From an uncultured virus (IMG/VR IMGVR_UViG_3300046786_000613) (Duplodnaviria; Heunggongvirae; Uroviricota; Caudoviricetes): DNA of 20,000 bases. Location of the stretch: IMG/VR virus record IMGVR_UViG_3300046786_000613; one strand, given 5' to 3'. Made by a program: the position numbers and the translations under genes. Every line of letters starts with the position of its first letter. Positions within the stretch are counted from its first letter, which is position 1. Shown here in pieces: positions 1-7,800 of the stretch. The notes beneath the pieces were generated by a model. The model searched no databases. It was not told the DNA's origin and worked only from the letters and a program-made list of their open reading frames with translations.

Positions 1-1
1 C

Positions 2-355
2 CTTCAAGTTTGCGTTAAGTATTTGATACCTACGCACATACTTGTTAATTAAAGTTGCATCCTTCTGTAAGATGTCTGCTATTTCTCTTTGGCTTAACTT
101 GCACATACGCATCAATAGCACCGAGCAAACTCCCAAAGCATTAATTCGACTTGGATTTCTTATTGTACCTTTTTTCAGCATTGATTCGCTGATGTCAAAA
201 TACTTACAGGTGTTAAGAATAATTAGGTCAATGAGTCTTTTGTTCTCGTCTGAATAATTATTGCTTACCTCCAATACCTGTATAGTTCTTTTGATGCCCA
301 TTTTATCAATGGTCTTCAGCAAAACTTCAATCAGTATTGTAGAATTGTTTTTCAT
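2..355 (-). CDS. HTH DNA-binding protein resembling the DnaA C-terminal (domain IV) family; runs off the left edge of the window
   Basis: Not in the ORF track because it has no stop in the window. Manual translation from ATG at 355: MKNNSTILIEVLLKTIDKMG...LIILNTCKYFDISESMLKKGTIRNPSRINALGVCSVLLMRMCKLSQREIADILQKDATLINKYVRRY... The SQREIADILQKDATLI segment matches a DnaA_C/TrpR-like HTH. A TAnnTTTG promoter motif lies at 375-382. Confidence 0.7.
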   Translation of the reverse strand, partial: MKNNSTILIEVLLKTIDKMGIKRTIQVLEVSNNYSDENKRLIDLIILNTCKYFDISESMLKKGTIRNPSRINALGVCSVLLMRMCKLSQREIADILQKDATLINKYVRRYQILNANLK

Positions 356-374
356 TTTATCTTTTGTAATTCAA

Positions 375-382
375 CAAAAGTA
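375..382 (-). promoter_or_regulatory. Bacteroidota-type -7 promoter element (TACTTTTG)
   Basis: The + strand caaaagta reads TActTTTG on the minus strand, about 20 nt upstream of the ATG at 355, in intergenic DNA. Confidence 0.55.
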
Positions 383-421
383 ATAAAAAAATGATTGAAT
401 AAAGAGTTGAAAAAAAATACC

Positions 422-799
422 CTATCCCAAATAGTAGTCAATAATCATTTTGGCATCTTCAAATCCTCTTACGAACTCTGCCATATAACCTCGTAGTTTG
501 AGTCGGTGTAGTATTTGTTCTTGCTCCTTTATGTGGTTGTTGCTCACAATACCGCCATCTTGCTTGTAAACGGCAAAATTCTCTCTTTTTACCTCCAAGA
601 ATAATCCGTAGTAATTTTTTCTTGGCTCGAAAATCATAATATCGGGTAATCCTGCCGAACTTCGCATACGTTTTAAAGTCTTTGCCTGTTTCCAAAATAC
701 TCTGATGCCACTACTCTCTGATGTGAAAATAGTATTGGGGTATTTCATTTTTATATAATCACAAATAGCAACGTGAACTGCCTCTTCCTTATCATTCAT
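422..799 (-). CDS. VRR-NUC-like PD-(D/E)XK nuclease / putative Holliday junction resolvase
   Basis: Pattern E..VH..I ... AGLPDIMIF ... GLFLEVKR ... EQ...L..L...GY...FVRG is typical of stand-alone phage VRR-NUC proteins. ATG at 799 preferred over TTG at 805. Confidence 0.8.
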   Translation of the reverse strand: MNDKEEAVHVAICDYIKMKYPNTIFTSESSGIRVFWKQAKTLKRMRSSAGLPDIMIFEPRKNYYGLFLEVKRENFAVYKQDGGIVSNNHIKEQEQILHRLKLRGYMAEFVRGFEDAKMIIDYYLG

Positions 800-818
800 A
801 CTCAAAAAGTTTAGTTAT

Positions 819-847
819 AAAAAAACCCGATAGCGAACCATCGGGTT
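819..847 (-). terminator. Rho-independent terminator
   Basis: Minus strand AACCCGAT-GG-TTCG-CT-ATCGGGTT followed by a T run, downstream of the 890..1387 gene. Confidence 0.75.
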
Positions 848-889
848 AAAATAAATTACGGAACTTCCAATCACAAAATCGGTAGCGTA

Positions 890-1387
890 TTAATTCCAAT
901 CCCAAAAACCTATCTTTGCTTCCGAAGGAGCAGGAGAAGGGTCGTTGTTATTGGTATTATCTTTAGAAGAGTCGTTTGCGTTGTTTGGGTTGTCATTGTT
1001 GTTTGAATTTACTCCTGTAGAACCTGTTGGTTCTTCACCTGTAACTCCATTCTGACCTTCAGAATTATCATCTTTCAAGTCATCAATAACATCTTCACGA
1101 GCATCGTCTGCTTTATCTTTTAAATGTTCTGCTTGTGCTTCTGTAATCACTTCCTTGCTTTCAAGGAACTCAAAAATACCATCACAAATGTACCTATCGT
1201 AAGTTTCAATTTTGCTTTCAACGGCAGGGGTCAAATTGATTTTGCCGTTTTTGCTCTTGTTCACTAAAAAGGTAATCGTTTTATCCAAATCTTTCTTGAG
1301 TTGTTGCGTATGATTGCTTAACTCTGAAATGTTTAGACCATATCTACGAATCAATACTTCGTGTGGTAATTCTCTTACTTCTGACAT
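890..1387 (-). CDS. hypothetical protein with N/D/S/P-rich low-complexity tail and aromatic C-terminus (KIGFWDWN)
   Basis: 165-aa ORF with its own TAnnTTTG element (1414-1421) and a downstream terminator. Confidence 0.8.
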   Translation of the reverse strand: MSEVRELPHEVLIRRYGLNISELSNHTQQLKKDLDKTITFLVNKSKNGKINLTPAVESKIETYDRYICDGIFEFLESKEVITEAQAEHLKDKADDAREDVIDDLKDDNSEGQNGVTGEEPTGSTGVNSNNNDNPNNANDSSKDNTNNNDPSPAPSEAKIGFWDWN

Positions 1388-1413
1388 AAGTTATTTTTTT
1401 TGGTTTGTTTTTA

Positions 1414-1421
1414 CAAATATA
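1414..1421 (-). promoter_or_regulatory. Bacteroidota-type -7 promoter element (TATATTTG)
   Basis: caaatata on the + strand in the 1388-1425 intergenic gap; a TTTG lies further upstream at 1438-1441. Confidence 0.55.
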
Positions 1422-1425
1422 CAAT

Positions 1426-2736
1426 TTATCCTCGAATCAAATCATCAATACCCGAAACTCCACCGCCTTCTTCAAAGAATCCAAATCGTTTTTTTGGTGC
1501 TTCTGCTTGGTTTTGTCGCATTTTACCCAAAGATATGACATCTCGGTCACGTTGTGCTAAAAGAGTTCTTCCATCGTCTGAATTAACAATATAATCACCT
1601 GTTATTTCGTGTATTTCTTTGATTACTCCTGTGTTTTCTTCTCCGTTGTCATCAAAAACAATTTCTTGACCTACTCTTCCACCATCTTCAAATTTACCTT
1701 TACGATTATTCAAAGGCTTTTCATAAGATTCACGCTTGTTATGTCTTGCTCGGTCTAAATGCCAAGAACGACCCGTATTCACGTTACCACCTCTTGCGTA
1801 TTTTTTCTTTTTCGAGGCTTTGCGTTTGGCAATTTTGGCTTTGATTGAATCTTTTACTGAATTACCAATTCTGACTTCTGTTCCAAATCCAATTTTTTGA
1901 GGTCTTGCACGACCAATTTTGTAGCCAATATATGCACCTACCATACCACTTAAAATTGTACCGCCAATCCCGTAATTATTGGAAAAAACATACATTTCAC
2001 CATCGTGATGAATCACATCAAGGTCATAAGATAAAGAACGCTTCCAAGCACCTTCATAATCTTTGGAAACCCAAGAAGGAATTTCATCTCCATAACCCAT
2101 ATCTTCAAGGTATGTAGTTAAATCTGCTCTACGCTCGGCTTCTTCGTCTGCTAATTCTTCGGCTTGACGTTCTGCTTCGTCTTCATCCATATCGGGATTC
2201 TCGTAAAGAATATCCTCTCGGATTCGGTCAACATCTTCACCATAAATAACTCTTTCAGTCACATCATCAACGTAAATATGGTTTGACCAAAAATCGCTAC
2301 CTAATTCGCCAAGTTGGCTTTCATATTCGTGTACAATGTCTGTTTCATCGTTACCATCTACAACAAACATCAAACTATCTGCAAGTGCTTGGTAATCATC
2401 ACTACCTGTATCACCTGCACGTTCAACTAATACGGCTACAGGAATACCTCTGTCTTCTGCAACTTCAGCAATTTCGTAAAGTTGTTGAAAATCTTGCTCA
2501 CCCATATACTCTGAAGCCAAAGTAGAAGGAATGCCTTCGTAATCGTGAACTGCCCATTCTTCACGGACTTCACCATCTATTGACTTATATTTTTCGGTCA
2601 ATTCATCAAGCATATCTTGAATAGCACCCATCAAATCAGATGCTTCTAAATAGTCTGCTAAATCAAACCATTTGCCCTCTAAACGACCATTATTGTAGTC
2701 TGACAAACTTGCTACATAAATTCTCATATCTTCCAT
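1426..2736 (-). CDS. ardA: ArdA-family antirestriction (DNA-mimic) protein fused to extra C-terminal modules
   Basis: N-terminus MRIYVASLSDYNNGRLEGKWFDL, EEWAVHDYEG, high acidity and a DYE...GEMYVFSNN end match ArdA hallmarks (aa 1-254). The remaining ~180 aa are separated by YGIGG/YARGG/FEDGG/FEEGG motifs. Confidence 0.85.
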   Translation of the reverse strand: MEDMRIYVASLSDYNNGRLEGKWFDLADYLEASDLMGAIQDMLDELTEKYKSIDGEVREEWAVHDYEGIPSTLASEYMGEQDFQQLYEIAEVAEDRGIPVAVLVERAGDTGSDDYQALADSLMFVVDGNDETDIVHEYESQLGELGSDFWSNHIYVDDVTERVIYGEDVDRIREDILYENPDMDEDEAERQAEELADEEAERRADLTTYLEDMGYGDEIPSWVSKDYEGAWKRSLSYDLDVIHHDGEMYVFSNNYGIGGTILSGMVGAYIGYKIGRARPQKIGFGTEVRIGNSVKDSIKAKIAKRKASKKKKYARGGNVNTGRSWHLDRARHNKRESYEKPLNNRKGKFEDGGRVGQEIVFDDNGEENTGVIKEIHEITGDYIVNSDDGRTLLAQRDRDVISLGKMRQNQAEAPKKRFGFFEEGGGVSGIDDLIRG

Positions 2737-2748
2737 AACTGCCTGTTA

Positions 2749-4803
2749 TTATTGTCCTCTACGATTACGTAACATTGAACCTACTCCACCGCCTTTAGCG
2801 TGTGATTTTTTAGTGGTCTTGAATCTACTTAATGGCATCCATTGAGAAATTTTGCCATCTCCATATTCATCTATTCTGATAACTTTTACTCTTCCACCAA
2901 AAGAAGGGTCATAATTCACAACTTTTAATTTAACTCCTGTATTTGCAGTTAAAATATCTCCTTCTTTTATCGCACCACCTTTGCCAAAGGCTTTTGAGCG
3001 TATTCCTTTGTCAAGGTTAACTACATAGTTTTTATTGTAACCATCTCTAACTTGAACTTCGTCAAAACCAAATTGTCCGTAATCTCTAACTATTTCATCG
3101 CCAACTCTCAATCCGTGTTCGGTCATTCCGCCTTTAGCAAAAGAATCAGTAAATTCATATTGGTAGCCATTATAATGCAAAGCATATCCACTAAAACCAC
3201 CTTTTCTACGAACATATCTTTCTTTGGTTTTGCCACCATCTTCAGTTACAATGATTTCTCTACCATTACCAATGACTTTCAATAAAATTGCACCGCTTGG
3301 TTTTAAAGTAGAATTACTTTGACCACCCATCAATTCTTTTCCGATTTGACCACCTGTTTTATATTCTTCTTCTTCTTTTTTAATTAATCCCTCATTAACA
3401 AGTTCATCAGTTAAATCAGAGTAACTAAAGTCAAGACCTTGAGTTGTCATTGAATAATAACCACCTTTGTTTTCCATCAACCAATCCATAACTTCATCTT
3501 TGTCAAAAACGTAGTCATCTCTTTTCAAATCATCTAAAAAGTATTCATAACTTTCGTATTCGGCTTCATTTTGCATTTCGTAATACAAGTCTTCGATATT
3601 TTCAAATCCTAATGGGTAATCATCAGTTGTGTCAATCCATTCTTGAGCAGGTTCTCCAAATACATAAGCATTTTGACCATTATATCCTGCGTTTTCAACT
3701 ACGATATTTTCGGGATAGTTTTCTTCAAAATAACGAATAGCAACTTTGTCTAAAAAGTCACCTCCGTAATCCGTGTAAGCAAAAGAAATAACTACATTGT
3801 CACCAAGTGAATTTCCTTCAATGCCTAATTTTTCTCTTAACTCGTCTTTCAAGTCTTCGGATGCAAAAGCATCGTCAACATACTCTAATCTCGCATCTTC
3901 ACCGAACATACGACCACCTTTTCCATAAGAACTAACTCCACCGCCTTTTCCAAATTGACTTGGATTAACAGAACTTGAAGATAAATTTGATTGTTGGATG
4001 TTCATTACTTGAGTAGCACCATCTGTCATACCACCAAAGGCATATTTTGACAATAACTTGTCAATATCTGAACGCAATTTAATCAAGAACTCTTTTTGTG
4101 AATCCTTGTCAAATTTACCAAGTGACGTAGCAATGCTTGTAAGTAATTCTGAAGTATCAATAACTACACGCTTAACAATAGTTTTTGTCTTTTCAGCAAC
4201 TTTTTTCTCAACTTTCGCTTCGACTGCCTCTTTTTTCGCTTTTGGCGTTTTAAGAGTCTTGTCTTTTGCTACTTCTGCTTTTGCCTCTTTTTCGGCTTTA
4301 TCTTCAACCGCTTCGATTTGTTTTTCAATCTTTTCAGCAACATCTTTAGTAGCACTTTCAATTACCGCATCCGCAGTTTTTTCTGATGTTCCTTCGATGA
4401 GGTCGCCTTTTTTATCAAGTTTCTGAACACGCTTTTTATTTTCTGCACTTGCTTGTTCTGCTTTACGTCTTCCTTCTTGTGCTTTTGTTCTTAATGCACG
4501 ATATTGCTCAATAATGCTCTCGCATTCTTCTTCGGTTTTTCCCGTTTTGCGTTTTATTTCGGCTTTTGCCGTTTCAATATCGTCTGCCGACTTTTTTGTT
4601 TTAGATGCCGTTGATTTTTTAGCCGTAGCAGAAGGTTTACGACCTCTTTTTGATTTTGGCTTCTCTCCTTCTAATTCTTTAATTTCAGCAGAGAACTTAT
4701 CAACTACTGCTTGGAACTTGGCACGAACTTCAGCACTTAAAGATTGGTCTTGTGCGTTTTTTCTATATTTTGCCAATTGTTCATCGGTTGGTCTTTTTTC
4801 CAT
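2749..4803 (-). CDS. modular protein: basic K/A/E-rich N-terminal region with AT-hook-like KRGRKP, acidic central module, SH3/KOW-like C-terminal modules
   Basis: 684-aa ORF with seven [FYH]xxGG motifs between compositionally distinct blocks; -7 element at 4831-4838. Confidence 0.8.
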   Translation of the reverse strand: MEKRPTDEQLAKYRKNAQDQSLSAEVRAKFQAVVDKFSAEIKELEGEKPKSKRGRKPSATAKKSTASKTKKSADDIETAKAEIKRKTGKTEEECESIIEQYRALRTKAQEGRRKAEQASAENKKRVQKLDKKGDLIEGTSEKTADAVIESATKDVAEKIEKQIEAVEDKAEKEAKAEVAKDKTLKTPKAKKEAVEAKVEKKVAEKTKTIVKRVVIDTSELLTSIATSLGKFDKDSQKEFLIKLRSDIDKLLSKYAFGGMTDGATQVMNIQQSNLSSSSVNPSQFGKGGGVSSYGKGGRMFGEDARLEYVDDAFASEDLKDELREKLGIEGNSLGDNVVISFAYTDYGGDFLDKVAIRYFEENYPENIVVENAGYNGQNAYVFGEPAQEWIDTTDDYPLGFENIEDLYYEMQNEAEYESYEYFLDDLKRDDYVFDKDEVMDWLMENKGGYYSMTTQGLDFSYSDLTDELVNEGLIKKEEEEYKTGGQIGKELMGGQSNSTLKPSGAILLKVIGNGREIIVTEDGGKTKERYVRRKGGFSGYALHYNGYQYEFTDSFAKGGMTEHGLRVGDEIVRDYGQFGFDEVQVRDGYNKNYVVNLDKGIRSKAFGKGGAIKEGDILTANTGVKLKVVNYDPSFGGRVKVIRIDEYGDGKISQWMPLSRFKTTKKSHAKGGGVGSMLRNRRGQ

Positions 4804-4830
4804 TTTTTATTTTTTGATATAAATGTGTAA

Positions 4831-4838
4831 CAAATTTA
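4831..4838 (-). promoter_or_regulatory. Bacteroidota-type -7 promoter element (TAAATTTG)
   Basis: caaattta on the + strand in the 4804-4847 intergenic gap. Confidence 0.55.
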
Positions 4839-4847
4839 GGTTTTTTC

Positions 4848-7800
4848 CTATTCAAATTCCATTAATTCTCGCAAGTCTTCAATAATTCTCATAGTTTTCT
4901 TTTTCTCACGAGGACTTTCAAACTCACTTAACTCAAGTAATTCATCTATAATTCTTTGCGTTGGAGAAATAACTTGAATTTCATCGGATTTTTCTACTGC
5001 AACTTCTACAGGTGAAATTTCCGCTTGTTTTTGCTCTTTTACCTTTTTCTGCACTTTTTCAAGTTGTTCTTCGTCTGAATTTTTGAAAACAGATAGCATT
5101 GCATTTCCTAAATAATCACTATTTGGAGTTGAAAAAGATGATACCCTTGCCGAAATAGATGAGCCTAAACGAATTTCTTCGCTATTCAACGCTTCAATAC
5201 GTCTAATTACCTCTTGAACCAATTCATCCATAACTTGTGGGTCATCGAATTGTTTTGCCTCAAGAGCAAGTGTATTGATTTTGGTTTTTTGAGTATTAAT
5301 TAAGTTCTCAACATCTTGGTAACTATTGATACCTAATGGTTGCAGTTTTTTCTCTTCAGTTGCTTTGAACTCTGCTAATGTCATCGGTAAATCTATGTTA
5401 TAGAATTTACGATAGTAAGTTGCAAACAAACCGCCTCTTTCAGTATTTTTCCAATTGTCTACCAAAGCAGTCCAAGAATCGGGTAAGCCGTTAAATTCAA
5501 TTGTTTTATACCTTAAGGCATCAAAATTATTAATAGTTGTTTTCAACATTTGTGGCAAAGAATAAATCTCATCCGTACTTTGTGGTGGAACTATTTCAGA
5601 AGGATTTGCGGTAACGTAGTATTTAACATACCTGTTGTAATCATTTTCGATTCCTAACGATTCCAATTTTGGATAAAGAATAGTTCCAATGTATTCCGAA
5701 ATATCTTTGATGTTTTCGTTTCGTTCCTTGTTGCTATAAACAAAAGGTTCGGGGTATTTTGTAGGTTCTACTTTTTTCTTCTCACCTGTTGTTTTCTCAA
5801 CAACAACGATGTTTCTATTTACAATGTTCAATTCCTCTAATTCATCCACATCAATAGAAATAGGAATCATATTTTCTTTGAAATTACCATTGGCAACAGA
5901 CATTATTGAATTAGGATTCTCTCGATAAAAATCTTTTAAAAGAATAGCCAATTGTTTTTTTGTTTCCTCATCGAAATCATCGAAATCGGTTCCTACATCA
6001 TAAAAACTTGGCTTTTCTAATTCTGATAATTTCAATCTTCTTACCGCTTCTTCTATGCTTCTATTATCCTCGTTATTATTTCGATATTGATAACTAATGT
6101 GATAATAAAAAGAAGAAAGTACATTATTTCCGCTACTATTTGTAACAACTTCTGCAATTCCTTTTTTGCGACCTTTTTTGGTGTCAAACTCTACTTCATC
6201 ACCTTCAACGATAGGAATAGTTTTAGCAGGAATAAGTTCACGCCAATTTTTTGAATATCCAAGTGGATAGCCAATCTTTTGTTCTTTCATCACCTTAACC
6301 ATCAATTGAATTAATTCTTCGGGCGTATAATTGAACAATTTATCAAATTGCATTCTCCATAAAGGATTGCTTACATTCGGAAAAACAAGATTATATGGTG
6401 AATTTCTGTCAAAATATGAAAAGAATCTTTCGCTTACTAAACTATAGATGTTCCTATTACCTTCTAACATACTTTCTTTAGGAAAACCTCTACTTGTTAA
6501 GTATTGACTTTCTGAAGTATTGTAAAGTTCATTTAAAAAATTTGCATAGTTCTCTTGTTTCAATAAAGGTTTGTCAATCAAATCGGGTCTGATTTGAGAA
6601 ATTACATAGTGCATTCTGAATCTAAAATCTTCTTTGATATTATCATTAAGAGGCATATATTTTATCTCAAGGGACTTTTTGAAAATACTTTCAATAGCAA
6701 GATAACTACTCAAAATTTCACCTTCTTTCGTTTTTTCCTCTTCTATTTTATCAATACGATATTCTGCCTCAAGTTTTGCAATTGCTTGTGGGTCTGTGAG
6801 TAGTTCGTATTTTAATTCAGCAGGATTGAAAGCGGTTGTATCTAACTCATTTGTATTGCCGTTTTTAGTCCAAATTTGATTGATTCGTTCTGTTTTATCC
6901 TCAAGTTTTTGGAACATAAAGATGTCAATACAATCAGCCATTAATGGAGTCACAATACGGACATTTGCAAACGCATTTCCTTGTCGCCAAATACGACCTT
7001 CAACTTGAACCATATCAGTTGGGTTAAAGTCAAGGAAACAATTGTATAATGCTGAAGCATAATCCTGTAAGTTAATTCCTTCTTTGATTGATTCTGAACC
7101 AATCAATACTTTCACACGCTTACTATCTTCAAGTTGGGTGTATTTTCCTGTTTCGGGATTCAAAACACGACCCAAAAAGGCATCTGCTACTCTTTGTTTA
7201 TTGTCATAACGCTTCTTACCAATGTAATTTCCATCACCACGAATAATACCAATCTCATCAAGTTCAAAACCAACAACTTCCACTAAATAGTCACGCAACA
7301 ATTCAAATGCCTTTGTTCCAAAGTTCATATAAATTACTTGACCACTCATTTTAGGACTTTCCTCGCTATTAGCGTGATATTGTTTAATTGCTTTGATACA
7401 TTCCATCACATAAAGCAATTTTGGAGATTGTTCTACATACATTCTACCTGTAGGTTCTTGTTTAAAGCCACTACACTTGAATAAGTATGGGTTCAATGCA
7501 ATTTGACGACCCCACATAAGGCATTGTAATGCTTTTGCGGTGGCTTTTGCTTTTTCACCTTCTTTCGTTCCATCCGCTAAATTATCTGCATCTTCAATGT
7601 CAATTTCTGCTGAACCTTCTTCGCCTTCTTGAGTCGATTTAGGTTTCTTTTCAACATATTTTCCGTATGAAGTTGTATTTCTACTTGCCTCATTGCATAA
7701 TTCCTCGTATGTTAATTCGCCTTGAGCGTACATCCTTACTTTACCCCATAATTCAAGTTGTATGTCAGACATACGCAAAGTCGTTGATATGAAGTTTTCT

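Noticed and set aside
940..1070. N/D-rich repeat-like stretch in the 165-aa protein
   Set aside because: Low-complexity disordered linker without an exact repeat unit.
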